A DNA stretch of 27,934 nucleotides from Candidatus Tumulicola sp. (GTDB lineage Bacteria; Vulcanimicrobiota; Vulcanimicrobiia; Vulcanimicrobiales; Vulcanimicrobiaceae), in assembly GCA_039935355.1 (NCBI GenBank), contig JBDTKL010000218.1:1-27934 (forward strand). Direction: 5' to 3'. The notes beneath the pieces are model-generated. The model did no database searches. It saw nothing but the letters and a program-made list of their open reading frames with translations, and was not told the origin of the DNA. This document shows positions 1 to 9,846 of the stretch, one piece after another. Each line of letters begins with the position of its first letter. The stretch's first letter is position 1. A program made the translations under genes and the position numbers.

Positions 1-12
1 GGCTTTGGTCAT
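1..12 (-). CDS. 5' end of a gene running off the window (MTKA...); product not determinable, an HU-like start is only a guess
   Basis: ATG at 12..10 on the minus strand with a GGAGAG Shine-Dalgarno 6 nt upstream, 58 nt downstream of the aroQ stop. Only 4 codons are visible. Confidence 0.4.
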
Positions 13-70
13 GGCGCTCTCCTACAGGCCGATTGAGCTTGCGCCTGCCTGCCCGGACGCTTGTTCACCG

Positions 71-502
71 TCATTTCTCGTTTTCCGCTAGCGCTCGCAG
101 CGCCAGCGAATAGCCGGCCGTGCCTAAGCCCGCAATTGTGCCTTTGCACGCTGCGGCCGTGACGCTCCTCCGTCGAAACTCGTCGCGAGCGGCAACGTTC
201 GACAGATGCACTTCGATCGCCGGAATGCCGATCGACGCGAGCGCGTCGGCGATCGCATACGAGTAGTGCGCGTAGGCCCCGGGATTGATGACGATTGCGT
301 CATAGTTTTCGCGCGCCGCGTGCAACGCATCGATGATACTGCCTTCGCCGTTATACTGCTCGCACTGCACCGTGACGTTCAATTCCAACGCGGTCGCGCG
401 GATCTGTTGGTCGACCTCGTCGAGCGTCTGCGTACCGTACGTCGCCGGATCGCGAACGCCGAGCAAGTTCAAGTTCGGACCGTGCAGCACCAAAACGCGC
501 AT
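71..502 (-). CDS. aroQ: Type II 3-dehydroquinate dehydratase (143 aa)
   Basis: Motifs HGPNLNLLG, INPGAYAHYS and EVHLSN. Start reset to the ATG at 502 (MRVLVLHG); the ORF-track extension to 907 is antisense to hslO. Confidence 0.96.
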   Translation of the reverse strand: MRVLVLHGPNLNLLGVRDPATYGTQTLDEVDQQIRATALELNVTVQCEQYNGEGSIIDALHAARENYDAIVINPGAYAHYSYAIADALASIGIPAIEVHLSNVAARDEFRRRSVTAAACKGTIAGLGTAGYSLALRALAENEK

Positions 503-554
503 CGGCGCCCCTTCCGTACAGGAAAAGCGCGCGCCTTTCGAGAGAAAGCGCCGG

Positions 555-1454
555 ATGCCCGACGCACTCCTCAGCGCAACCGCTACCGGCAGCGGCATCG
601 CGGTCAGCGCCGTCGTCACGACCGACCTGGTTCGCGAAATCCGTGCTCGGCACGATCTCTCGCCCACGATCGCTGCGGCTCTAGGGCGGCTAACGACCGG
701 CGCGGTGCTGTTTGGAGCAAGCCTCAAAGGCAGCGAGCGCATCTCGCTGCAGATTTCGGGGGACGGGCCGGCCGGTGCAATCACGGCCGAGTCGTGGTTG
801 CTCGACGCGGGAGCCGTCATCGGCGCGCGTGGATACGCGCGCAACCCGCTGGCCGAACTGTCCATCGATCGGCGCGGCAAATTCGCGGTAGGGAGCGTCG
901 TGGGCAACGGCGTGCTTCAAGTGACGAAGTCCTACGAAGTCGGACAGCCGTACGTCGGTGTCGTGCCGCTACAGACCGGCGAGATCGCCGAAGATCTCGC
1001 GTATTATCTTGCGAATTCGGAACAAATACCGAGCATCGTCGCGCTGGGCGTATTGGCCGATCCGACCGGCGTCGTGGCCGCCGGCGGCATTCTCGCGCAA
1101 GCGTTGCCCGGCGCGCCCGACGACGCGCTCGCACGCATCGAGCGTCGAGCGCTCGCGATGCCGTCCGTCACGACTCTCGTTCGAGTAAACCCAACTGCCG
1201 AACATCTGCTGCGCGCGCTGTTGGGCGATGTCGATCTTCGCGCCCACCGCAAAATGCCGGTGCGATTCGATTGTCGCTGCACGCGCGAAAAAGTAGAAAC
1301 CGCACTGACCGGCTTGGGCGCCGATGGTCTGCGACGTCTGCGAGAAGAGCGCGACAGCGCCGAGGCGACGTGTGAATTCTGCGGGCGACGCTACGAGCTA
1401 AGCGGCGCCGAACTCGATGCGCTCGCCGAACGCGTCGAGCGAGCGAAGTCCTAA
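555..1454 (+). CDS. hslO: Hsp33 family redox-regulated chaperone (299 aa)
   Basis: RHDLSPT..AALGRL N-terminal motif, GEIAEDLAYY...SEQIPS, and the C-terminal zinc centre CRC...CEFC. Start at ATG 555, divergent from aroQ across 52 nt. Confidence 0.95.
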   Translation: MPDALLSATATGSGIAVSAVVTTDLVREIRARHDLSPTIAAALGRLTTGAVLFGASLKGSERISLQISGDGPAGAITAESWLLDAGAVIGARGYARNPLAELSIDRRGKFAVGSVVGNGVLQVTKSYEVGQPYVGVVPLQTGEIAEDLAYYLANSEQIPSIVALGVLADPTGVVAAGGILAQALPGAPDDALARIERRALAMPSVTTLVRVNPTAEHLLRALLGDVDLRAHRKMPVRFDCRCTREKVETALTGLGADGLRRLREERDSAEATCEFCGRRYELSGAELDALAERVERAKS

Positions 1455-1461
1455 GGACACG

Positions 1462-1692
1462 CTACCGCCGCTCGAAGAGCGCGCGTAGACTCGTGGGCGT
1501 GCGATACGGCTCGAGCCGTTGCTGATACGATTCGCGAATGCCCGCACCGTCGTTGTAATACCACCAGCCACACTCGCAGCGAATCGGCCGATCGTTGGCC
1601 TCCGGGTAGGCATAGACCCGCTGGCAGCGCTTGCACGTAAAGCGTCGTCCTTCGATCGGAGTGTCGGGGGTATACGTGATCGCTGCTGCCAT
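1462..1692 (-). CDS. Small hypothetical Cys-rich (CxxC...CxC) zinc-ribbon-like protein, 76 aa
   Basis: ATG 2 nt after the tyrS stop. Translation MAAAITYTPDTPIEGRRFTCKRCQRVYAYPEANDRPIRCECGWWYYND... fills the gap up to the convergent hslO stop. Confidence 0.7.
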   Translation of the reverse strand: MAAAITYTPDTPIEGRRFTCKRCQRVYAYPEANDRPIRCECGWWYYNDGAGIRESYQQRLEPYRTPTSLRALFERR

Positions 1693-1694
1693 TG

Positions 1695-2900
1695 CTATTC
1701 TTTCTGCGCGCGTACGCGCACGAACTTTCGCGAACCAACGGAGAGGACCGCCGACTCGGCCGTCCACGCCCCGCGCGGATCGTTGACGACTATACCATCG
1801 ATCTTCACGCCGTTCCCGGAGATTAGTCGCTCGGCCGCACGCTTGCTCTCGGCTAAGCCGGCGCGTACCAGCACTTCGCCGATCCGCGTTCCGTGCGGCA
1901 CCTCGTATTCGGCGAGCTCCGTTTGCGGCAGCTCCTTGCGTTGCACCGTCCGCTCGAAATGCTCCCGCGCCGCACTCCCCGCGGCCGCGCCGTGATAGCG
2001 CGCGACGATGCTTTCGGCCACGTCTTTTTTCACAACCATCGGGTTGACCGAACCGCCGGAAATCGCGGCGGCCATGCGATCGCATTCGGCTTGCGAACGA
2101 AACGCAGCCAGACGTGCGTACGTCGGCACGAGCGAATCGGCGATGCTCATCAGCTTCCCGAACTGTTGCTCGGGCGCTTCGTCGATCCCGACGTAGTTGC
2201 CCACGCTCTTGCTCATCTTCTTCTCGCCATCCAAGCCGACCAGCAACGGAACGGTCGCGCAAATTTGCGGTTGTTGGCCGTATTCGCGCTGATAGTGACG
2301 CCCTAACAACAGATTGAACAACTGATCGCTTCCGCCTAACTCGACGTCGGCCTCGACCGCGATCGAATCGTACGCTTGTGCGACTGGATATAAGAACTCG
2401 TGCAACGAGATGGCGGCACCGCTACGATAACGATTCGAGAAGTCGTTGCGCTCCAGCATTTGCGCCACCGTCGTTTTGGACAAGAGTTTGATCAAGTCGG
2501 CCAGATCCAACCGGTCGAGCCACTCGGAATTGTAGCGTACGGAGATGCGCTCCAAATCCAGTACCTTTTCGGCTTGACGGCGGTAGGTGTTCATATTGGC
2601 GTCGATCGCCTCGGGCGTCAACTGCGGGCGGGTCGCGTTCTTCCCACTCGGATCGCCGATGCGCGCGGTGAAATCGCCGATAATCCACGTTACGCGATGG
2701 CCGGCTTCGGCGAAACGCTGCAGTTTGGAAAGCACGACCATGAAGCCCAGATGCAGATCGGGGCTGGTCGGATCGATGCCGAGTTTGACGTTGAGCGGCC
2801 GTCCCGCGCGTAACCGTTCGCGAAAGTCGTTCACCGTTTCGACCGTTTCGAAACCGTCGAGCAAATAGTCGACATCGTCGAATCGTGCGTCGCGCGTCAT
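1695..2900 (-). CDS. tyrS: Tyrosine--tRNA ligase (401 aa)
   Basis: KLGIDPTSPDLHLG, GDFTARIGDPSG, ELGGSDQLFN, KMSKS and a C-terminal S4-like domain. ATGA overlap with mutS2. Confidence 0.97.
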   Translation of the reverse strand: MTRDARFDDVDYLLDGFETVETVNDFRERLRAGRPLNVKLGIDPTSPDLHLGFMVVLSKLQRFAEAGHRVTWIIGDFTARIGDPSGKNATRPQLTPEAIDANMNTYRRQAEKVLDLERISVRYNSEWLDRLDLADLIKLLSKTTVAQMLERNDFSNRYRSGAAISLHEFLYPVAQAYDSIAVEADVELGGSDQLFNLLLGRHYQREYGQQPQICATVPLLVGLDGEKKMSKSVGNYVGIDEAPEQQFGKLMSIADSLVPTYARLAAFRSQAECDRMAAAISGGSVNPMVVKKDVAESIVARYHGAAAGSAAREHFERTVQRKELPQTELAEYEVPHGTRIGEVLVRAGLAESKRAAERLISGNGVKIDGIVVNDPRGAWTAESAVLSVGSRKFVRVRAQKE

Positions 2901-5224
2901 TCGCGCAGGTCCACGATGGTCACGCCCGCAGAGCCCTCCTCTTCGTTACCGTAGCGCACGCTGCTAACCGCCGGGTGCGAACGTAGATACTCTTGCAGCC
3001 CGCGGCCTAACATTCCGGTGCCTTTTCCGTGAATCAACCGCAAGGGCGAGTTGCCCGCCAGCAGCGCCTCGTCGAGCCATTGCTCGACGATCGGCTCGGC
3101 GTCCACGAATCGCTTTCCTCGGACGTCCAACTCTGACGAACTGCGCGTCGCTGCCTCCAGCCGCGGCGTCCCGCCACCGGCTCGCAACGTTCGCGCCGGC
3201 GCGACTTGCCGTCGCACGACGTCGCTCTTGTCGACGACCGTCTTCATCGGCCCGATCGCGACCAGAACGTTTGTACCGTAATCCTCGACCACGCTACCAT
3301 CTTGGCGCAAGGACGTGATCCGCACCGGATCGCCGGAGGCAAACGCGCCGTTGTCGACGCTTCCAGGTGCTTCGGGCTGGATGCCGAGGTCTCGATGCAT
3401 CGCGTCCAGGGTCTGCGAGAGCATCTGGGACTGCGCCGGCGTCACCTTCGGCCGGCGCTGCTCGCGTTCTTCGGCCCGCTGTTGTAAATCGCGTACGAAG
3501 TCGCGTAGCGCATCGCGCATCCGCTCCTCGGCGCGCAATCCAAAACTTCTGCGCTCGCCGTCGAGCGCGTCGCGTTCGCTGCGTGCCCGCTCGAGTTCGC
3601 GGCGAAGGTCGGCACGCTCGCCTTCGAGCGCGCGCGTGCGCTCGTGCAGTTCGGCCGAACGTTCCGACAACTCGGCCAACGCGGACTCATAATCGCGTTC
3701 TTTATTATCCAATAGTCGTTGCGCTGCGTCGACGATCGATTCGTCGATGCCGACGGCGCGCGCCAGCGGGAAGGCCAGCGACTGCCCAGGTGCGCCGATA
3801 TCGAGATGAAAGGTCGGCGCGAACGTTCGCGCGTCGAAGCGGACGCTCGCATTGGCCACGCCTGCGGCCGCATGGGCGAAGAGTTTGAGTTCGGTCGCAT
3901 GCGTGGTCACCACAGCCCGCGACCCGGCTTGCAAGAAGCGCTCGAGCATCGCTACGGCCAGCGCCGCACCGGCGTTTGGTTCGGTGCCGCCGCCGATCTC
4001 GTCGACCAGCACCAGCGTGCGCGGGCCGGCGCCGGTCAGCGCGTCGCGCATGCGATCGAGGTGGGCCGAAAAGGTCGACGCGTTGGCGACGATCGACTGT
4101 TCGTCGCCGATGTCCGCCACGACGCGGTCGAACCGTCCGACAGAAGACCCGTCGGATGCGGGAATCTGCATGCCGCAGTACGTCATGATGGTGAACAGCC
4201 CGACGAGTTTGAGCGCGACCGTCTTGCCGCCCATGTTCGGGCCGCTAATCACGACGACGCGCGTCTCGTCGTCCACCGCGATCGATTGCGGCACGGCTCG
4301 CCCACCGAGTAACGGATGCCGTCCGTTGCGCACGTCGATTGCGGCTTCGTCGCGCAACAACGGCTGCACGGCGTCCATCGATTTTGCAACCTGCGCTTTC
4401 GCGACGATACCATCGAGATCGGCCAGAATATCGATATTGCCTTCGATCGCGCTCGCATCGGCCCCGACGCGTCGCGACAACTCGCCTAAGATGCGCTGAA
4501 TCTCGCGCTCTTCTTCGAGTCGAAGCGTGCGCAAGCGATTGTTGCTTTCGAGCGCCGCTAGCGGCTCCACGAACAGCGTTTGACCGCTCGAACTCGTATC
4601 GTGGACGATGCCGGGAAACTCACCGGAAAACTCGGCCTTGATCGGCACGACGAACCGGCCTTCGCGAATCGTTACGACCTGATCTTGAATTGCATTGGCA
4701 TAGCGCGAAGAACGCAAGATCGAGCCGACGCGATCGCGCGCATCGGACTGTGCTTGCACGAGCGAACGGCGAATGCGCCCCAGCGCCGGAGAGGCGCGAT
4801 CCAGCACGACGCCGCGTTCGTCGATACCGTCCAAGATCGCACGTTGTAATTCTCGCACCGGCACGTACCCGACGGTGACCTCGCGCAACACCGGATCGTG
4901 GCCGGCGACGTTGTACGCCGCGGCCGCGGCCGCTAACGCATCGCCCACCGCGCGCAACTCGATGGCGCCGAGCGTCCGCCCGAGCGCCGCCGTCTGCGTT
5001 AACTCGCCGGTGTCGATCGCCGCCATCACGTGGAAATCGGCGGAAGCCACTAAATCGCGCGCTGCAGCGGTTCGGCGCTGCTGCACCGCCACCATATCGA
5101 ACGCAACCTCTGGAGACAGCGCCTCGGCCAGACTGCGGCCGCGCTGCGTGCGTGTCGCTCCGACGACGCGCTCGCGAATCCGTTCGAAGTCGAGCGCCTC
5201 GAGCGTTTTCTCGTCGGCGAGCAT
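2897..5224 (-). CDS. mutS2: Endonuclease MutS2 with C-terminal Smr domain (775 aa)
   Basis: HDTSSSGQTLFVEP, Walker A GPNMGGKT, LVDEIGGGTEP, TTHATELK, a coiled coil, a KOW-like segment and Smr LIHGKGTG. Confidence 0.96.
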   Translation of the reverse strand: MLADEKTLEALDFERIRERVVGATRTQRGRSLAEALSPEVAFDMVAVQQRRTAAARDLVASADFHVMAAIDTGELTQTAALGRTLGAIELRAVGDALAAAAAAYNVAGHDPVLREVTVGYVPVRELQRAILDGIDERGVVLDRASPALGRIRRSLVQAQSDARDRVGSILRSSRYANAIQDQVVTIREGRFVVPIKAEFSGEFPGIVHDTSSSGQTLFVEPLAALESNNRLRTLRLEEEREIQRILGELSRRVGADASAIEGNIDILADLDGIVAKAQVAKSMDAVQPLLRDEAAIDVRNGRHPLLGGRAVPQSIAVDDETRVVVISGPNMGGKTVALKLVGLFTIMTYCGMQIPASDGSSVGRFDRVVADIGDEQSIVANASTFSAHLDRMRDALTGAGPRTLVLVDEIGGGTEPNAGAALAVAMLERFLQAGSRAVVTTHATELKLFAHAAAGVANASVRFDARTFAPTFHLDIGAPGQSLAFPLARAVGIDESIVDAAQRLLDNKERDYESALAELSERSAELHERTRALEGERADLRRELERARSERDALDGERRSFGLRAEERMRDALRDFVRDLQQRAEEREQRRPKVTPAQSQMLSQTLDAMHRDLGIQPEAPGSVDNGAFASGDPVRITSLRQDGSVVEDYGTNVLVAIGPMKTVVDKSDVVRRQVAPARTLRAGGGTPRLEAATRSSSELDVRGKRFVDAEPIVEQWLDEALLAGNSPLRLIHGKGTGMLGRGLQEYLRSHPAVSSVRYGNEEEGSAGVTIVDLRE

Positions 5225-5228
5225 CTCG

Positions 5229-6680
5229 CTATTCCAGCTTGCGCTTCAGAACGGTGTTCACCAACGCCGGATCGACTTTTCCGCGCGACGCCTTCATGAT
5301 TTGGCCGACCAAGAAGCCCGCGACGTTGGTCTTGCCGGCGCGATATTCCGCAACGATGTTCGGATTGGCCGCAAGCACGTCGTCGACGAACGTTTCGACC
5401 GCCGCCGGATCGCTCGTCTGGGACAGACCTTCGCGCTCGACGATCGCTTTGGGCGAGCCATCGCCCTTCCACATCCGCTCGACCAGCGTTTTGGCAATCT
5501 TTGAGTTGATCGTTTTTGCTTCGACCATGGCGATCAGCTCGGCGATATCGTCCGGCGATGCCTTCGAATCGGCCACCGCCACGCCGCTTTCGTTTGCCAA
5601 ACGCGATAGATCGCCTAACACGAAGTTGGTCGACTGTTGCGGATTCCGGCTCGCGGTGACGACGCGATCGAAATACTCCGCCAGCCGCGCGTTGTCGATC
5701 AATTGGCCGGCTTGCTTGACGTTCAGTCCGTATTCTCCAGTCAGGCGCTCGAAACGTTGCCAAGGCAACTCCGCCAAGCCGGCGCGCAGCCGCTCGATGT
5801 CGTCCCCCTGCAGTTCCATCGGGACCAGATCGGGATCGGGAAAATACCGGTAATCGTGCGCTTCTTCTTTGCTGCGCATGCTGTGCGTTTCGCCACGCGC
5901 TTCGTCCCAGCCGCGCGTCTCTTGAACCACGCGTCCGCCGGCTTCGACCGTCTCGATCTGCCGCCGGATTTCGCTATCGATTGCCCGTTGGACCGAACGA
6001 AACGAGTTCATGTTTTTGATCTCGGTCTTGGTGCCGAGCTCGGTGGCCCCGACCGGGCGTATCGACACGTTGGCATCGCAGCGCAGCGAGCCTTCTTCCA
6101 TCTTCACGTCGCTGACGTCGAGCTGCAACAGCGTCTCGCGCAGCGACGTAAGATACGCAACGGCATCTTGCGAGCTACGAATCTCCGGTTCGGAGACGCA
6201 CTCCATCAGCGGAACGCCCGCACGGTTGAAGTCGACCAACGAATACTCGCTGCCGGCGATGCGACCGTCGCCCGAGCCGGCGTGCGACGACTTGCCGGTA
6301 TCCTCTTCCAGATGGATGCGCGTCAGGCGGCACGACTTCATCGTCCCGTCGTCGAGCCAATACTTCACCTCGCCGCCCGACGTCAACGGCATATCGAATT
6401 GCGAGATCTGATAATCTTTCGGCATGTCCGGATAAAAATAATTCTTGCGGTCGAACTTCGAAAACGCCGGAATCTCGGCGCCGAACGCAAGGCCGGCTCG
6501 CACCATGTGCTCGATCGCGACGCGATTGGGCACGGGCAACGCGCCCGGCATCCCCAAACAGACCGGACAAACGTTGGTGTTGGGCTCGGCGCCGAACTCG
6601 TTCGGACAACCGCAGAACATCTTCGTCTGCGTTTTCAACTCGACGTGGCACTCGATGCCGATTACGGCTTCCCAGTTCAC
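5229..6680 (-). CDS. gatB: Asp-tRNA(Asn)/Glu-tRNA(Gln) amidotransferase subunit B (483 aa)
   Basis: VIGIECHVEL, KFDRKNYFYPD, HLEEDTGK, DFNRAGVPLME, LRCDANVS, YRYFPDPDL. The GTG start at 6680 overlaps the gatA stop (GTGA). Confidence 0.97.
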   Translation of the reverse strand: MNWEAVIGIECHVELKTQTKMFCGCPNEFGAEPNTNVCPVCLGMPGALPVPNRVAIEHMVRAGLAFGAEIPAFSKFDRKNYFYPDMPKDYQISQFDMPLTSGGEVKYWLDDGTMKSCRLTRIHLEEDTGKSSHAGSGDGRIAGSEYSLVDFNRAGVPLMECVSEPEIRSSQDAVAYLTSLRETLLQLDVSDVKMEEGSLRCDANVSIRPVGATELGTKTEIKNMNSFRSVQRAIDSEIRRQIETVEAGGRVVQETRGWDEARGETHSMRSKEEAHDYRYFPDPDLVPMELQGDDIERLRAGLAELPWQRFERLTGEYGLNVKQAGQLIDNARLAEYFDRVVTASRNPQQSTNFVLGDLSRLANESGVAVADSKASPDDIAELIAMVEAKTINSKIAKTLVERMWKGDGSPKAIVEREGLSQTSDPAAVETFVDDVLAANPNIVAEYRAGKTNVAGFLVGQIMKASRGKVDPALVNTVLKRKLE

Positions 6681-8167
6681 GGCGACACCGCTTCTACGCG
6701 CGCGGAATGCTGCGTCGCGTGACCGGTGGTACGTTCGTAGGCGTGTGCGGCGCCGAGCAACAGCGGCTCGGCGAACTGCGGCGCGCAGAGCTGTAAACCG
6801 AGCGGCATCGGAACGCTTCCGCCGGGCGGCGTCACCCAACCGCACGGCACCGACAGCGCCGGCAGCCCAGCCAGCGACATCGGAATCGTGTAGTAGTCCA
6901 TCATATACATGCTATACGGATCGCTTTTGGCGTTGAATGCGAACGCCGGAGAGCTGGCCGCCGGACACGCGATCAGATCGCAACCGGCAAAGGCTTTGTC
7001 GAAATCGCGCGCGATGAGCGTCCGCGCTTTCTGCGCTCGAACGTAGTACGCGTCGTAAAACCCGCTGGATAGCGCGTGCGTTCCGATGAGAATACGGCGC
7101 TTCACTTCGGGGCCGAAGCCGGCTGCACGCGTTTCCTCGTACATCGCCTGCACGTCCTTAGCCTCGACACGTAACCCATACCGCACGCCGTCGAAGCGTG
7201 AGAGATTCGACGAACATTCGGCCGGGGCAATCAAGTAATACGTGGCCAGACCGTAGTCGGCGGTCGGCAGCGACACTTCGACGATTTCCGCACCGCACGC
7301 GGCCAGGTCATCGTATGCTTTTCTATATGCGGCGTCGACCTCGGGGCCTAATAGCTTCGTGTCGAATTGGCGAACCAAACCGATCCGTAATCCGCGCAGG
7401 TCTTCGCGCAGCGCCGTCGCCGACGGCTCGACTTCGCGGTCGACCGACGTCGCGTCCATCGTATCGAAGCCCGCCATCGCGTCGTAGGTTAGCGCCGCAT
7501 CCTCCACCGAACGCGTGAGCGGACCGATTTGATCGAGGCTCGAGGCGAATGCGATTAAACCGTAGCGTGAGACGCGTCCGTACGTCGGTTTGAATCCGAC
7601 GAGATTGCAGAACGCCGCCGGTTCGCGGATCGAACCGCCGGTATCGCTACCCAGCGCGATGGTCGCTTCGAGCGCCGCGACGGCCGCAGCCGAACCGCCG
7701 CTCGATCCGCCGGGAACGCGCACCAGGTCGTATGGATTGCGCGTGACACCTAACGCCGAGTTCTCGCACGAGCTGCCCATCGCAAACTCATCGAGATTCG
7801 CCTTCCCAATCGGAACGCAACCGGCATGCAGCAAACGCGCGACGGCGGTAGCCGTATACGGCGCTACCCAATGTTCCAAAATTTTACTGCCGGCGGTGGT
7901 GCGCGTTCCAGTGAGGCACATGTTGTCTTTTACGGCTAACGGCACGCCCGCGAGTGGGAGCCGCTCGCCGGTACGGATGCGCGCGTCGACATTGGCGGCG
8001 GTGCGGCGCGCGAGATCGTGCAACGGCGTTAGGTATGCACCAACCGCGTCGTCGACCGCGTCGACGCGTGACAAGATGGCTTCGACGACGTCTGCCGCCG
8101 AAACGGAACCTGCGGTAACGGCCCGGGCGATGTCGGCTGCGCCCCGTTCGATCGAGAAGTCGCCCAC
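6677..8167 (-). CDS. gatA: Asp-tRNA(Asn)/Glu-tRNA(Gln) amidotransferase subunit A (496 aa)
   Basis: Amidase signature GKANLDEFAMGSS, PGGSSGGS, LGSDTGGSIREPA, and SSNLSRFDGVRYG. Confidence 0.97.
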   Translation of the reverse strand: MGDFSIERGAADIARAVTAGSVSAADVVEAILSRVDAVDDAVGAYLTPLHDLARRTAANVDARIRTGERLPLAGVPLAVKDNMCLTGTRTTAGSKILEHWVAPYTATAVARLLHAGCVPIGKANLDEFAMGSSCENSALGVTRNPYDLVRVPGGSSGGSAAAVAALEATIALGSDTGGSIREPAAFCNLVGFKPTYGRVSRYGLIAFASSLDQIGPLTRSVEDAALTYDAMAGFDTMDATSVDREVEPSATALREDLRGLRIGLVRQFDTKLLGPEVDAAYRKAYDDLAACGAEIVEVSLPTADYGLATYYLIAPAECSSNLSRFDGVRYGLRVEAKDVQAMYEETRAAGFGPEVKRRILIGTHALSSGFYDAYYVRAQKARTLIARDFDKAFAGCDLIACPAASSPAFAFNAKSDPYSMYMMDYYTIPMSLAGLPALSVPCGWVTPPGGSVPMPLGLQLCAPQFAEPLLLGAAHAYERTTGHATQHSARVEAVSP

Positions 8168-8168
8168 G

Positions 8169-8459
8169 TTATTCGGCGATAATCCGCGGGACGCGAAAGA
8201 AGTTGCCCTGCCTGCGCGGAGCTTGTTCGAGAACCGTCTCGCGATCCAACGACGGCCGGCGCTCGTCGGAGCGCGTGACGTTGCGCGACTCTACCACTTG
8301 TGCGGTCGCCGCGACGATATTGGTGTCCAATTCGGATAGCGCGTCGACGTGATGCAGCAAATCGCCGAGCTGCTCCGAAAAGCGGTCGACTTCTTCGTCG
8401 GTCAATGCGATGCGCGCCAGTCGTGCGACGTAGCGGACGTCGATGGAATCGGATTGCAC
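8169..8459 (-). CDS. gatC: Asp-tRNA(Asn)/Glu-tRNA(Gln) amidotransferase subunit C (96 aa)
   Basis: VRYVARLARIAL...FFRVPRII, immediately upstream of gatA. GTG start at 8459 chosen because the ORF-track start lies inside rlmD. Confidence 0.93.
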   Translation of the reverse strand: MQSDSIDVRYVARLARIALTDEEVDRFSEQLGDLLHHVDALSELDTNIVAATAQVVESRNVTRSDERRPSLDRETVLEQAPRRQGNFFRVPRIIAE

Positions 8460-8475
8460 GATAAACTCCGGTCGG

Positions 8476-9846
8476 TTAGGATTGTCGCTCGAGCGTGGCC
8501 AGCGCCTCAACGTGTCCCGTTTGCGGGAACATGTCGAACGGCTGCACGGTTCCGAGACGATATCCTTTTGCCGTGAGGAACTTCAAATCCCGGGCTAACG
8601 TCGCCGGGTCGCACGAGAGATACCAGATCGACGGCACACCGGCCGCGGCCAAGGCGCCCAGCGCAGCCTCGTCGCTGCCCTTACGCGGGGGATCCAAAAA
8701 CGCCAACTCGCATGCCGCCAACTCGTTTCGCCCACGTTCGTCGGCAGCGATGCGCTCCACGCGGCCCTTCGCGAATCGAACGCGTTTTGACAGCCCGTTA
8801 AGCTCCGCGTTCGATCGCGCTTCCTCGATCGCTCCTGCGCTTTCTTCGATACCGAGCACGTCGGCGCCGCGGCGCGCAAAAAAGAGCGAGAACGTGCCGA
8901 CGCCACAGTACAGATCCAGCACCCGCCCTACGCGCGGCGCGCGCGCATCGAGATATTCGAAGATGCGCGCTACGACCTTGGTGTTGACCTGAAAGAATGA
9001 CGACGACGAAACGCGATAGCGCAAGCCGTCGATGGTCTCCTCGATTTCCGCATTACCGGCCAACAGTCGCTGGCGCTTCCCAAGGATCGCATTCGCACTC
9101 CCGAGATCGTACGAATTTGTGAGGCCCGAGGCGCCGGGTAACGATGCCAACAGCTCGGGTGCGGCGCGCTCGGCCTCGTCCGACGGGCGGTCGGTCGTCA
9201 ACGTTACGACTGCTGACCCTTCCAATGAGGCTCGCGCCACAATGTGCCGCGACGACGCAATCGCTCGCGCCGCATCCGGTCCCGGTGGATCCTGCAGCGC
9301 CTTGACGTATCCGCTCAACTGCGGCAGCACGATCGGACACGCATCGATCGGCACCACGTCGTGCGAGCGCTGGCGATAAAAGCCGAGTTGCGTGCGTTCA
9401 CCCTGATGGGCAACCACCAGCGACATTTTGTTGCGATAGTTTCGCGGAGCCGCCATGCCGGCGGTATCGTTGACGTCGACGTCCCGAAAACCGCCGATGC
9501 GTTCGAGCGCGTTGACCACGACACGCTTCTTCCAAGCGAGTTGTGCCGGATACGCCCAGTGCTGGATCTGGCAGCCCCCGCATTCTCCAAAGACCGGGCA
9601 GAACGGTTCGGCGCGTTCCGGCGATTCGACCAGCAGTTGGATGAGGCCGGCGACGGCGTACTTCGGCTTGACGTCGGAAATTTGAACCAACGCGCGTTCG
9701 CCGGGAAGCGGACCAAAACAAAACACCACCAAGCCAGCATGCCGGCCGACGGCCTGTCCGTTGGCGAGAATATCGTGGAAATCGAGTTCGAGCCGGTCAC
9801 CGGCTCGTGGCGCTCCGTCCGGCTTAGCCGCCGCGTTGATCGTCAA
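8476..9846 (-). CDS. rlmD: 23S rRNA (uracil(1939)-C5)-methyltransferase, RlmD/TrmA family (456 aa)
   Basis: N-terminal TRAM-like domain, Fe-S motif CPVFGECGGC, SFFQVN, LDLYCGVG, DPPRKG, YLSCDPATLARD, DMFPQTGHVE. TTG start. Confidence 0.92.
   Translation of the reverse strand: MTINAAAKPDGAPRAGDRLELDFHDILANGQAVGRHAGLVVFCFGPLPGERALVQISDVKPKYAVAGLIQLLVESPERAEPFCPVFGECGGCQIQHWAYPAQLAWKKRVVVNALERIGGFRDVDVNDTAGMAAPRNYRNKMSLVVAHQGERTQLGFYRQRSHDVVPIDACPIVLPQLSGYVKALQDPPGPDAARAIASSRHIVARASLEGSAVVTLTTDRPSDEAERAAPELLASLPGASGLTNSYDLGSANAILGKRQRLLAGNAEIEETIDGLRYRVSSSSFFQVNTKVVARIFEYLDARAPRVGRVLDLYCGVGTFSLFFARRGADVLGIEESAGAIEEARSNAELNGLSKRVRFAKGRVERIAADERGRNELAACELAFLDPPRKGSDEAALGALAAAGVPSIWYLSCDPATLARDLKFLTAKGYRLGTVQPFDMFPQTGHVEALATLERQS

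Noticed and set aside
503-907. N-terminal extension of aroQ given by the ORF track
   Set aside because: It is antisense to hslO, and the family N-terminus begins at MRVLVLHG (502).
206-1375. 389-aa plus-strand ORF and many similar Arg/Ala-rich alternative-frame ORFs across the window
   Set aside because: They overlap well-supported genes in another frame or strand, show no family motifs, and are expected shadows in high-GC DNA.
2897-2960. T-box leader for tyrS
   Set aside because: tyrS overlaps the mutS2 stop, so there is no leader region.
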